From Eledone cirrhosa (Eukaryota), in NCBI GenBank assembly GCA_964016885.1, contig OZ024743.1:129270001-129334000 (forward strand): a DNA stretch of 64,000 bases. The letters are read 5' to 3'. Position numbers and translations under genes: made by a program. Shown one piece after another: positions 40,760-56,400 of the stretch. Each line of letters opens with the position of its first letter. The stretch's first letter is position 1. The notes under the pieces were generated by a model. The model searched no databases. It was not told where the DNA came from and saw nothing but the letters and a program-made list of their open reading frames with translations.

Positions 40760-43700
40760 GCATCAAACACCAAGCAGCCAGCAGCAAGCACCAAACACCA
40801 AACACCAAGCACCAAGCACCAAAAACCAAACACCAAGCACCAAGCACCAAACACCTAACACGAAGCACCAAGCACCAAGTACCAAGCACCAAACACCAAG
40901 CACCAAACACCAAGCACCAAACACCAAGAACCAAACACCAAACACCAAGCACCAAACACCTAACACCAAACACCAAGCACCAAACACCAAGCACCAAACA
41001 CCAAACACCAAGCACCAAGCACCAAACACCTAACACCAAGCACCAAACACCAAGCACTAAGCACCAAGCACCAAGCACCAAACACCAAGCACCAAACACC
41101 AAGCACAAAACACCAAGCACCAAGCACCAAACACCAAGCACCAAGCACCAAACACCAAGAACCAAGCACCAAGCACCAAGTACAAACACCAAGCACCAAG
41201 CACCAAACACCAAGCACCAAGCACCAAGCATCAAACACCAAGCACCAAACACCAAGCACCAAGCACCAAGCATCAAACACCAAGCATATAACACCAAACA
41301 CCAAAAACCAAGCACCAAACACCAAACACCAAGCACCAAGCACCAAACACCTAACACCAAGCACCAAACACCAAGCACCAAACACCAAGCACCAAGCACC
41401 AAACACCAAGCACCAAACACCAAGCACCAAACACCAAGCACCAAGCACCAAACACCAAGCACCAAGCACCAAACACCAAGCACCTAGCACCAAACACCAA
41501 ACACCAAGCACCAATCACCAAGCACCAAACACCAAGCAGCCAGCAGCAAGCACCAAACACCAAGCACCAAGCACCAAAAACCAGACACCAAGCACCAAGC
41601 ACCAAACACCTAACACCAAGCACCAAGCACCAAGTACCAAGCACCAAACACCAAGCACCAAACACCAAACACCAAGCACCAAGCACCAAGCACCAAGCAC
41701 CAAACACCAAGCACCAAACACCAAGCACCAAACACCAAGCACCAAGCACCAAACACCCAGCACCAAACACCAAACACCAAGCACCAAGCACCAAGCATCA
41801 AACACCAAGCACCAAACACCAAACACCAAGCACCAAGCACCAAGCATCAAACACCAAGCATATAACACCAAACACCAAGCACCAAGCACCCAGCACCAAA
41901 CACCAAGCACCAAGCACCACGCAAAAAGCACCAAACACCAAGCACCAAACACCAAACACCAAGCACCAAACACCAAACACCAAGCACCAAGCACCAAACA
42001 CGTAACACCAAGCACCAAACACCAAGCACCAAACACCAACCACCAAACACCAAGCACCAAGCACCAAGCACCAAACACCAAGCACCAAACACCAAGCACC
42101 AAACACCTAACACCAAGCACCAAGCACCAAGTACCAAGCACCAAACACCAAGCACCAAACACCAAACACCAAGCACCAAACACCAAACACCAAGCACCAA
42201 GCACCAAACACCTAACACCAACCACCAAACACCAACCACCAAACACCAAGCACCAAGGACCAAGCACCAAGCACCAAGCACCAAATACCAAGCACCAAAC
42301 ACCAAGCACCAAGCACCAAGCACCAAGTACAAACACCAAGCACCAAGCACCAAACACCAAGCACCAAGCATCAAACACCAAACACCAAACACCAAGCACC
42401 AAGCACCAAGCATCAAACACCAAGCATATAACACCAAACACCAAGCACCAAGCACCAAATACCAAGAACCAAGCACCAAGCACCAAGTAGAAACACCAAT
42501 AACCAAGCACCAAACACCAAACACCAAGCACCAAACACCAAGCACCAAGCACCAAGCACCAAGCACCAAGCATCAAACACCAAACACCAAGCACCAAGCA
42601 TCAAACACCAAACACCAAGCACCAAACACCAAGCACAAATCACCATGCATCAAACACCAAGCAGCCAGCAGCAAGCACCAAGCACCAAACACCAAACACC
42701 AAACACCAAACAGCAAACAACATACAGCAAACACCAAACACCAAAAAGCAAACACCAAACACCAAACAGCAAACACCAAACAACAAACACCAAACAACAA
42801 ACACCAAACAGCAAACAGCAAACACCAAACACCAAGCACCAAGCACCAAACACCAAACACCAAACACCAAGCACCAGGCACCACACACCAAGCACCAAGC
42901 ACCAAACACCAAGCACCTAGCACCAAACACTAAGCACCAAGCACCAAACACTAAGCACCAAGCACCAAACACCAAGCACCAAGCACCAAACACCAAGCAC
43001 CAAGCACCAAGCACCAAACACCAAACACCAAGCACCAAAGACCAAGCACCAAGCACCAAACACCAAGCACCCAGCACCAAACACCAAGCACTAAACACCA
43101 ACCACCCAGCACCAAGCACCAAACACCAAGCATCAAGCACCTAACACCAAACACCAAACACCAAGCACCAAGCACCAAGCACCAAACACCAAGCACCTAG
43201 CACCAAACACCAAACACCAAGCACAAAACACCAAGCACCAATCACCAAGCATCAAACACCAAGCAGCCAGCAGCAAGGACCAAACACCAAACACCAAGCA
43301 CCAAGCACCAAAAACCAAACACCAAACACCAAACACCAAGAACCAAGAACCAAACACCAATCACCAAGCACCAAGTACAAACACCAAGCACCAAGCACCA
43401 AACACCAAGCACCAAGCACCAAACACAAAACATCAACCACCAAGCACCAAGCATCAAACACCAAGCAGCAAACACCAAACACCAAGCACCAAGCACCAAG
43501 CACCAAAAACAATGCACCCAGCACCAAACACCAAGGACCAAGCACCAAGCACCAAGCACCAAAAACCAAACACTAAACACGAAACACCAAGCACCAAGCA
43601 CCAAACACCAAACACCAAGCACCAAGCACCAAGCACCAGACACCAAACACCAAGCACCAAGCACCAAACACCAAGCAACAAGCACCAAACACCAAACAGC

Positions 43701-46700
43701 AAACACCAAACACCAAACAACATACAGCAAACACCAAACACCAAAAAGCAAACACCAAACACCAAACAGCAAACACCAAACAACAAACACCAAACAACAA
43801 ACACTAAACAGCAAACAGCAAACACCAAACACCAAGCACCAAGCACCAAACAGTAAGCACCAAACACCAAGCACCAAGCACCAAACACCAAACACTAAGC
43901 ACCAAGCACCAAACACTAAGCACCAAGCACCAAACACCAAGCACCAAGCACCAAACACCAAGCACCAAGCACCAAGCACCAAACACCAAACACCAAGCAC
44001 CAAGCACCAAACACTAAGCACCAAGCACCAAACACCAAGCACCAAGCACCCAGCACCAAACACCAAGCACCAAACACCAAACACCAAGCACCAAGCACCA
44101 AACACCTAACACCAAGCACCAAACACCAAGCACTAAGCACCAAGCACCAAGCACCAAACACCAAGCACCAAACACCAAGCACCAAACACCAAGCACCAAG
44201 CACCAAACACCAAGCACCAAGCACCAAACACCAAGAACCAAGCACCAAGCACCAAGTACAAACACCAAGCACCAAGCACCAAACACCAAGCACCAAGCAC
44301 CAAGCATCAAACACCAAGCACCAAACACCAAGCACCAAGCACCAAGCATCAAACACCAAGCATATAACACCAAACACCAAACACCAAGCACCAAACACCA
44401 AACACCAAGAACCAAACACCAAGAACCAAGCACCAAGCACCAAGTACAAACACCAAGCACCAAACACCAAACACCAAGCACCAAGCACCAAGCATCAAAC
44501 ACCAAGCACCAAACACCAAGCACCAAGCACCAAGCATCAAACACCAAGCATATAACACCAAACACCAAACACCAAGCACCAAACACCAAACACCAAGCAC
44601 CAAGCACCAAACACCTAACACCAAGCACCAAACACCAAGCACCAAACACCAAGCACCAAGCACCAAGCACCAAACACCAAGCACCAAACACCAAGCACCA
44701 AACACCAAGCACCAAGCACCAAACACCAAACACCAAGCACCAAACACCAAGCACCTAGCACCAAACACCAAACACCAAGCACCAATCACCAAGCACCAAA
44801 CACCAAGCAGCCAGCAGCAAGCACCAAACACCAAGCACCAAGCACCAAAAACCAGACACCAAGCACCAAGTACCAAACACCTAACACCAAGCACCAAGCA
44901 CCAAGTACCAAGCACCAAACACCAAGCACCAAACACCAAACACCAAGCACCAAGCACCAAGCACCAAGCACCAAACACCAAGCACCAAACACCAAGCACC
45001 AAACACCAAGCACCAAGCACCAAACACCCAGCACCAAACACCAAACACCAAGCACCAAGCACCAAGCATCAAACACCAAGCACCAAACACCAAACACCAA
45101 GCACCAAGCACCAAGCATCAAACACCAAGCATATAACACCAAACACCAAGCACCAAGCACCCAGCACCAAACACCAAGCACCAAGCACCAAGCAAAAAGC
45201 ACCAAACACCAAGCACCAAACACCAAACACCAAGCACCAAACACCAAACACCAAGCACCAAGCACCAAACACGTAACACCAAGCACCAAACACCAAGCAC
45301 CAAACACCAACCACCAAACACCAAGCACCAAGCACCAAGCACCAAGCACCAAACACCAAGCACCAAATACCAAGCACCAAACACCTAACACCAAGCACCA
45401 AGCACCAAGTACCAAGCACCAAACACCAAGCACCAAACACCAAACACCAAGCACCAAACACCAAACACCAAGCACCAAGCACCAAACACCTAACACCAAC
45501 CACCAAACACCAACCACCAAACACCAAGCACCAAGGACCAAGCACCAAGTACCAAGCACCAAATACCAAGCACCAAACACCAAGCACCATGCACCAAGCA
45601 CCAAGTACAAACACCAAGCACCAAGCACCAAACACCATGCACCAAGCATCAAACACCAAACACCAAACACCAAGCACCAAGCACCAAGCATCAAACACCA
45701 AGCATATAACACCAAACACCAAGCACCAAGCACCAAATACCAAGAACCAAGCACCAAGCACCAAGTAGAAACACCAATCACCAAGCACCAAACACCAAAC
45801 ACCAAGCACCAAACACCAAGCACCAAGCACCAAGCACCAAGCACCAAGCATCAAACACCAAACACCAAGCACCAAGCATCAAACACCAAACACCAAGCAC
45901 CAAACACCAAGCACAAATCACCATGCATCAAACACCAAGCAGCCAGCAACAAGCACCAAACACCAAACACCAAGCACCAAGCACCAAAAACCAAACACCA
46001 AGCACCAAGCACCAAACACCTAACACGAAGCACCAAGCACCAAGTACCAAGCACCAAACACCAAGCACCAAACACCAAGAACCAAACACCAAACACCAAG
46101 CACCAAACACCTAACACCAAACACCAAGCACCAAACACCAAGCACCAAACACCAAACACCAAGCACCAAGCACCAAACACCTAACACCAAGCACCAAACA
46201 CCAAGCACTAAGCACCAAGCACCAAGCACCAAACACCAAGCACCAAACACCAAGCACAAAACACCAAGCACCAAGCACCAAACACCAAGCACCAAGCACC
46301 AAACACCAAGAACCAAGCACCAAGCACCAAGTACAAACACCAAGCACCAAGCACCAAACACCAAGCACCAAGCACCAAGCATCAAACACCAAGCACCAAA
46401 CACCAAGCACCAAGCACCAAGCATCAAACACCAAGCATATAACACCAAACACCAAAAACCAAGCACCAAACACCAAACACCAAGCACCAAGCACCAAACA
46501 CCTAACACCAAGCACCAAACACCAAGCACCAAACACCAAGCACCAAGCACCAAACACCAAGCACCAAACACCAAGCACCAAACACCAAGCACCAAGCACC
46601 AAACACCAAGCACCAAGCACCAAACACCAAGCACCTAGCACCAAACACCAAACACCAAGCACCAATCACCAAGCACCAAACACCAAGCAGCCAGCAGCAA

Positions 46701-49700
46701 GCACCAAACACCAAGCACCAAGCACCAAAAACCAGACACCAAGCACCAAGCACCAAACACCTAACACCAAGCACCAAGCACCAAGTACCAAGCACCAAAC
46801 ACCAAGCACCAAACACCAAACACCAAGCACCAAGCACCAAGCACCAAGCACCAAACACCAAGCACCAAACACCAAGCACCAAACACCAAGCACCAAGCAC
46901 CAAACACCCAGCACCAAACACCAAACACCAAGCACCAAGCACCAAGCATCAAACACCAAGCACCAAACACCAAACACCAAGCACCAAGCACCAAGCATCA
47001 AACACCAAGCATATAACACCAAACACCAAGCACCAAGCACCCAGCACCAAACACCAAGCACCAAGCACCACGCAAAAAGCACCAAACACCAAGCACCAAA
47101 CACCAAACACCAAGCACCAAACACCAAACACCAAGCACCAAGCACCAAACACGTAACACCAAGCACCAAACACCAAGCACCAAACACCAACCACCAAACA
47201 CCAAGCACCAAGCACCAAGCACCAAACACCAAGCACCAAACACCAAGCACCAAACACCTAACACCAAGCACCAAGCACCAAGTACCAAGCACCAAACACC
47301 AAGCACCAAACACCAAACACCAAGCACCAAACACCAAACACCAAGCACCAAGCACCAAACACCTAACACCAACCACCAAACACCAACCACCAAACACCAA
47401 GCACCAAGGACCAAGCACCAAGCACCAAGCACCAAATACCAAGCACCAAACACCAAGCACCAAGCACCAAGCACCAAGTACAAACACCAAGCACCAAGCA
47501 CCAAACACCAAGCACCAAGCATCAAACACCAAACACCAAACACCAAGCACCAAGCACCAAGCATCAAACACCAAGCATATAACACCAAACACCAAGCACC
47601 AAGCACCAAATACCAAGAACCAAGCACCAAGCACCAAGTAGAAACACCAATAACCAAGCACCAAACACCAAACACCAAGCACCAAACACCAAGCACCAAG
47701 CACCAAGCACCAAGCACCAAGCATCAAACACCAAACACCAAGCACCAAGCATCAAACACCAAACACCAAGCACCAAACACCAAGCACAAATCACCATGCA
47801 TCAAACACCAAGCAGCCAGCAGCAAGCACCAAGCACCAAACACCAAACACCAAACACCAAACAGCAAACAACATACAGCAAACACCAAACACCAAAAAGC
47901 AAACACCAAACACCAAACAGCAAACACCAAACAACAAACACCAAACAACAAACACCAAACAGCAAACAGCAAACACCAAACACCAAGCACCAAGCACCAA
48001 ACACCAAACACCAAACACCAAGCACCAGGCACCACACACCAAGCACCAAGCACCAAACACCAAGCACCTAGCACCAAACACTAAGCACCAAGCACCAAAC
48101 ACTAAGCACCAAGCACCAAACACCAAGCACCAAGCACCAAACACCAAGCACCAAGCACCAAGCACCAAACACCAAACACCAAGCACCAAAGACCAAGCAC
48201 CAAGCACCAAACACCAAGCACCCAGCACCAAACACCAAGCACTAAACACCAACCACCCAGCACCAAGCACCAAACACCAAGCATCAAGCACCTAACACCA
48301 AACACCAAACACCAAGCACCAAGCACCAAGCACCAAACACCAAGCACCTAGCACCAAACACCAAACACCAAGCACAAAACACCAAGCACCAATCACCAAG
48401 CATCAAACACCAAGCAGCCAGCAGCAAGGACCAAACACCAAACACCAAGCACCAAGCACCAAAAACCAAACACCAAACACCAAACACCAAGAACCAAGAA
48501 CCAAACACCAATCACCAAGCACCAAGTACAAACACCAAGCACCAAGCACCAAACACCAAGCACCAAGCACCAAACACAAAACATCAACCACCAAGCACCA
48601 AGCATCAAACACCAAGCACCAAAAACAATGCACCCAGCACCAAACACCAAGGACCAAGCACCAAGCACCAAGCACCAAAAACCAAACACTAAACACGAAA
48701 CACCAAGCACCAAGCACCAAACACCAAACACCAAGCACCAAGCACCAAGCACCAGACACCAAACACCAAGCACCAAGCACCAAACACCAAGCAACAAGCA
48801 CCAAACACCAAACAGCAAACACCAAACACCAAACAACATACAGCAAACACCAAACACCAAAAAGCAAACACCAAACACCAAACAGCAAACACCAAACAAC
48901 AAACACCAAACAACAAACACTAAACAGCAAACAGCAAACACCAAACACCAAGCACCAAGCACCAAACAGTAAGCACCAAACACCAAGCACCAAGCACCAA
49001 ACACCAAACACTAAGCACCAAGCACCAAACACTAAGCACCAAGCACCAAACACCAAGCACCAAGCACCAAACACCAAGCACCAAGCACCAAGCACCAAAC
49101 ACCAAACACCAAGCACCAAGCACCAAACACTAAGCACCAAGCACCAAACACCAAGCACCAAGCACCCAGCACCAAACACCAAGCACCAAACACCAAACAC
49201 CAAGCACCAAGCACCAAACACCTAACACCAAGCACCAAACACCAAGCACTAAGCACCAAGCACCAAGCACCAAACACCAAGCACCAAACACCAAGCACCA
49301 AACACCAAGCACCAAGCACCAAACACCAAGCACCAAGCACCAAACACCAAGAACCAAGCACCAAGCACCAAGTACAAACACCAAGCACCAAGCACCAAAC
49401 ACCAAGCACCAAGCACCAAGCATCAAACACCAAGCACCAAACACCAAGCACCAAGCACCAAGCATCAAACACCAAGCATATAACACCAAACACCAAACAC
49501 CAAGCACCAAACACCAAACACCAAGAACCAAACACCAAGAACCAAGCACCAAGCACCAAGTACAAACACCAAGCACCAAACACCAAACACCAAGCACCAA
49601 GCACCAAGCATCAAACACCAAGCACCAAACACCAAGCACCAAGCACCAAGCATCAAACACCAAGCATATAACACCAAACACCAAACACCAAGCACCAAAC

Positions 49701-51090
49701 ACCAAACACCAAGCACCAAGCACCAAACACCTAACACCAAGCACCAGACACCAAGCACCAAACACCAAGCACCAAGCACCAAGCACCAAACACCAAGCAC
49801 CAAACACCAAGCACCAAACACCAAGCACCAAGCACCAAACACCAAGCACCAAGCACCAAACACCAAGCACCTAGCACCAAACACCAAACACCAAGCACCA
49901 ATCACCAAGCACCAAACACCAAGCAGCCAGCAGCAAGCACCAAACACCAAGCACCAAGCACCAAAAACCAGACACCAAGCACCAAGTACCAAACACCTAA
50001 CACCAAGCACCAAGCACCAAGTACCAAGCACCAAACACCAAGCACCAAACACCAAACACCAAGCACCAAGCACCAAGCACCAAGCACCAAACACCAAGCA
50101 CCAAACACCAAGCACCAAACACCAAGCACCAAGCACCAAACACCCAGCACCAAACACCAAACACCAAGCACCAAGCACCAAGCATCAAACACCAAGCACC
50201 AAACACCAAACACCAAGCACCAAGCATCAAACACCAAGCATATAACACCAAACACCAAGCACCAAGCACCCAGCACCAAACACCAAGCACCAAGCACCAA
50301 GCAAAAAGCACCAAACACCAAGCACCAAACACCAAACACCAAGCACCAAACACCAAACACCAAGCACCAAGCACCAAACACGTAACACCAAGCACCAAAC
50401 ACCAAGCACCAAACACCAACCACCAAACACCAAGCACCAAGCACCAAGCACCAAGCACCAAACACCAAGCACCAAATACCAAGCACCAAACACCTAACAC
50501 CAAGCACCAAGCACCAAGTACCAAGCACCAAACACCAAGCACCAAACACCAAACACCAAGCACCAAACACCAAACACCAAGCACCAAGCACCAAACACCT
50601 AACACCAACCACCAAACACCAACCACCAAACACCAAGCACCAAGGACCAAGCACCAAGTACCAAGCACCAAATACCAAGCACCAAACACCAAGCACCATG
50701 CACCAAGCACCAAGTACAAACACCAAGCACCAAGCACCAAACACCATGCACCAAGCATCAAACACCAAACACCAAACACCAAGCACCAAGCACCAAGCAT
50801 CAAACACCAAGCATATAACACCAAACACCAAGCACCAAGCACCAAATACCAAGAACCAAGCACCAAGCACCAAGTAGAAACACCAATCACCAAGCACCAA
50901 ACACCAAACACCAAGCACCAAACACCAAGCACCAAGCACCAAGCACCAAGCACCAAGCATCAAACACCAAACACCAAGCACCAAGCATCAAACACCAAAC
51001 ACCAAGCACCAAACACCAAGCACAAATCACCATGCATCAAACACCAAGCAGCCAGCAACAAGCACCAAACACCAAACACCAAACACCAAG
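40760..51090. repeat. Tandem duplication, period ~5.11-5.15 kb
   Basis: ORFs 40960/46111, 41515/46666, 42645/47796 and 43133/48284 are offset by 5151. ORFs 43512/48628 and 44014/49130 are offset by 5116. ORFs 45118/50227 and 45923/51032 are offset by 5109. Shared private variants include CACCACG (41915/47066) and CATCAAC (43431/48582). Confidence 0.94.
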
Positions 51091-53489
51091 CACCAAAAAC
51101 CAAACACCAAGCACCAAGCACCAAACACCAAGCACCAAGCACCAAACACCAAGCACCAAGCACCAAACACAAAGCACCAAAGACCAAGCACCAAGCACCA
51201 AACACCAAGCACCCAGCACCAAACACCAAGGACCAAGCACCAAGCACCAAGCACCAACAACCAAACACGAAACACGAAATACCAAGCACCAAGCACCAAA
51301 CACCAAACTCCAAGCACCAAGCACCAAACACCAAACACCAAGCACCAAGCACCAAGCACCAGGCACCAAACACCAAGCACCAAGCAGCCAGCAGCAAGCA
51401 CCAAGCACCAAACACCAAACACCAAACACCAAACAGCAAACAACATACAGCAAACACCAAACACCAAAAAGCAAACACCAAACACCAAACAGCAAACACC
51501 AAACAACAAACACCAAACAACAAGCACCAAACAGCAAACAGCAAACACCAAACACCAAGCACCAAGCACCAAACACCAAACACCAAACACCAAGCACCAG
51601 GCACCAAACACCAAGCACCAAGCACCAAACACCAAGCACCTAGCACCAAACACTAAGCACCAAGCACCAAACACTAAGCACCAAGCACCAAACACCAAGC
51701 ACCAAGCACCAAACACCAAGCACCAAGCACCAAGCACCAAGCACCAAACACCAAACACCAAGCACCAAACACCAAGCACCAAGCACCAAACACCAAGCAC
51801 CCAGCACCAAACACCAAGCACTAAACACCAACCACTCAGCACCAAGCACCAAACACCAAGCATCAAGCACCTAACACCAAACACCAAACACCAAGCACCA
51901 AGCACCAAGCCCCAAACACCAAGCACCTAGCACCAAACACCAAACACCAAGCACAAAACACCAAGCACCAATCACCAAGCATCAAACACCAAGCAGCCAG
52001 CAGCAAGCACCAAACACCAAACACCAAGCACCAAGCACCAAAAACCAAACACCAAGCACCAAGCACCAAACACCTAACACCAAGCACCAAGCACCAAGTA
52101 CCAAGCACCAAACACCAAGTACCAAACACCAAACATCAAGCACCAAGCACCAAGTACCAAACACCAAGAACCAAGAACCAAACACCAAGCACCAAGCACC
52201 AAGTACAAACACCAAGTACCAAGCACCAAGCACCAAACACCAAGAACCAAGCACCAAACACAAAACACCAAGCACCAAGCACCAAGCATCAAACACCAAG
52301 CAGCAAACACCAAACACCAAGCACCAAGCACAAAACACAAAACACCCAGCACCAAACACCAATGACCAAGCACCAAGCACCAAAAACCAAACACCAAACA
52401 CAAAACACAAAGCACCAAGCACCAAACACCAAACTCCAAGCACCAAGCACCAAGCACCAAACACCAAACACCAAGCACCAAGCACCAAGCACCAGGCACC
52501 AAACACCAAGCACCAAGCACCAAACACCAAGCACCAACCACCAAACACCAAACGCCAAACACCAAACACCAAGAACCAAGAACCAAACACCAAGCACCAA
52601 GCACCAAGCACCAAACACCAAGCACCAAGCACCAAACACAAAACACCAACCACCAAGCACCAAGCATCAAACACCAAGCAGCAAACACCAAACACCAAGC
52701 ACCAAGCACCAAGCACCAAACACAATGCACCCAGCACCAAACACCAAGGACCAAGCACCATGCACCAAGCACCAAAAACCAAACACGAAACACGAAACAC
52801 CAAGCACCAAGCACCAAACACCAAACTCCAAGCACCAAGCACCAAACACCAAACACCAAGCACCAAGCACCAAGCACCAGGCACCAAACACCAAGCACCA
52901 AGCACCAAACACCAAGCAACAAGCACCAAACACCAAACACCAAACACCAAACACCAAACAACATACAGCAAACACCAAACACCAAAAAGCAAACACCAAA
53001 CACCAAACAGCAAACACCAAACAACAAACACCAAACAACAAACACCAAACAGCAAACAGCAAACACCAAACCCCAAGCACCAAGCACCAAACACTAAGCA
53101 CCAAACACCAAGCACCAAGCACCAAACACCAAACACTAAGCACCAAGCACCAAACACTAAGCACCAAGCACCAATCACCAAGCACCAAGCACCAAACACC
53201 AAGCACCAAGCACCAAGTACCAAACACCAAACACCAAGCAACAAAGACCAAGCACCAAGCACCAAACACCAAGCACCCAGCACCAAACACCAAGCACTAA
53301 ACACCAACCACCCAGCACCAAGCACCAAACACCAAGCACCAAGCACCTAAAACCAAACACCAAACACCAAGCACCAAGCACCAAGCACCAAACACCAAGC
53401 ACCTAGCACCAAGCACCAAAAACCAAACACCAAGCACCAAGCACCAAACACCTAACACCAAGCACAAAACACCAAGCACCAATCACCAA

Positions 53490-56400
53490 GCATCAAACAC
53501 CAAGCAGCCAGCAGCAAGCACCAAACACCAAACACCAAGCACCAAGCACCAAAAACCAAACACCAAGCACCAAGCACCAAACACCTAACACGAAGCACCA
53601 AGCACCAAGTATCAAGCACCAAACATCAAGCACCAAACACCAAGCACCAAACACCAAGCACCAAACACCAAACACCAAGCACCAAACACCTAACACCAAA
53701 CACCAAGCACCAAACACCAAGCACCAAACACCAAACACCAAGCACCAAGCACCAAACACCTAACACCAAGCACGAAACACCAAGCACTAAGCACCAAGCA
53801 CCAAGCACCAAACACCAAGCACCAAACACCAAGCACCAAACACCAAGCACCAAGCACCAAACACCAAGCACCAAGTACCAAACACCAAGAACCAAGCACC
53901 AAGCACCAAGTACAAACACCAAGCACCAAGCACCAAACACCAAGCACCAAGCACCAAGCATCAAACACCAAGCACCAAACACCAAGCACCAAGCACCAAG
54001 CATCAAACACCAAGCATATAACACCAAACACCAAACACCAAGCACCAAACACCAAACACCAAGCACCAAACACCAAGAACCAAGCACGAAGCACCAAGTA
54101 CAAACACCAAGCACCAAGCACCAAACACCAAGCACCAAGCACCAAGCATCAAACACCAAGCGCCAAACACCAAGCACCAAGCACCAAGCATCAAACACCA
54201 AGCATATAACACCAAACACCAAACACCAAGCACCAAACACCAAACACCAAGCACCAAGCACCAAACACCTAACACCAAGCACCAAACACCAAGCACCAAA
54301 CACCAAGCACCAAGCACCAAGCACCAAACACCAAGCACCAAACACCAAGCACCAAACACCAAGCACCAAGCACCAAGCACCAAACACCAAGCACCAAACA
54401 CCAAGCACGAAGCACCAAACACCAAGAACCAAGCACCAAGCACCAAGTACAAACACCAAGCACCAAGCACCAAACACCAAGCACCTGGCACCAAACACCA
54501 AACACCAAGCACCAATCACCAAGCACCAAACACCAAGCAGCCAGCAGCAAGCACCAAACACCAAGCACCAAGCACCAAAAACCAGACACCAAGCACCAAG
54601 CACCAAACACCTAACACCAAGCACCAAGCACCAAGTACCAAGCACCAAACACCAAGCACCAAACACCAAACACCAAGCACCAAGCACCAAGCACCAAGCA
54701 CCAAACACCAAGCACCAAACACCAAGCACCAAACACCAAGCACCAAGCACCAAACACCAAGCACCAAGCACCAAACACCAAGCACCAAACACCAAGCATC
54801 AAACACCAAGCACCAAACACCAAACACCAAGCACCAAGCACCAAGCATCAAACACCAAGCATATAACACCAAACACCAAGCACCAAGCACCCAGCACCAA
54901 ACACCAAGCACCAAGCACCAAGCAAAAAGCACCAAACACCAAGCACCAAACACCAAACACCAAGCACCAAACACCAAACACCAAGCACCAAGCACCAAAC
55001 ACGTAACACCAAGCACCAAACACCAAGCACCAAACACCAACCACCAAACACCAAGCACCAAGCACCAAGCACCAAGCACCAAACACCAAGCACCAAACAC
55101 CAAGCACCAAACACCTAACACCAAGCACCAAGCACCAAGTACCAAGCACCAAACACCAAGCACCAAACACCAAACACCAAGCACCAAACACCAAACACCA
55201 AGCACCAAGCACCAAACACCTAACACCAACCACCAAACACCAACCACCAAACACCAAGCACCAAGGACCAAGCACCAAGCACCAAGCACCAAATACCAAG
55301 CACCAAACACAAAGCACCAAGCACCAAGCACCAAGTACAAACACCAAGCACCAAGCACCAAACACCAAGCACCAAGCATCTAACACCAAACACCAAACAC
55401 CAAGCACCAAGCACCAAGCATCAAACACCAAGCATATAACACCAAACACCAAGCACCAAGCACCAAACACCAAGAACCAAGCACCAAGCACCAAGTAGAA
55501 ACACCAATGACCAAGCACCAAACACCAAACACCAAGCACCAAACACCAAGCACCAAGCACCAAGCATCAAACACCAAACACCAAGCACCAAGCATCAAAC
55601 ACCAAACACCAAGCACCAAACACCAAGCACAAATCACCATGCATCAAACACCAAGCAGCCAGCAGCAAGCACCAAACACCAAACACCAAACACCAAGCAC
55701 CAAAAACCAAACACCAAGCACCAAGCACCAAACACCAAGCACCAAACACCAAACACCAAGCACCAAGCACCAAACACCAAACACAAAGCACCAAAGAACA
55801 AGCACCAAGCACCAAACACCAAGCACCCAGCACCAAAAACCAAGCACCCAGCACCAAACACCAAGCACCAAATACCAACCAGCAAGCACCAAGCACCAAA
55901 CACCTAACACCAAGCACCAAGCACCAACCACCAAACACCAAGCACCAAGCACCAAGCACCAAGCACCAAACACCAAGCACCAAACACCAAGCACCAAACA
56001 CCAAGCACCAAGCACCAAGCACCAAACACCAAGCACCAAGCACCAAGCATCAAACACCAAACACCAAGCACCAAACAGCAAGCACCAATCCCCATCCATC
56101 AAACACCAAGCAGCCAGCAGCAAGCACCAAACACCAAACACCAAGCACCAAGCACCAAAAACCAAACACCAAGCACCAAGCACCAAACACCAAGCACCAA
56201 GCACCAAACACCAAGCACCAAGCACCAAACGCCAAGCACCAAAGACCAAGCACCAAGCACCAAATACCAAGCACCCAGCACCAAACACCAAGCACCCAGC
56301 ACCTAACACCAAGCACCAAACACCAACCACCCAGCACCAAGCACCAAACACCAAGCACCAAGCACCAAACACCAAACACCAAGCACCAAGCACCAAGCAC

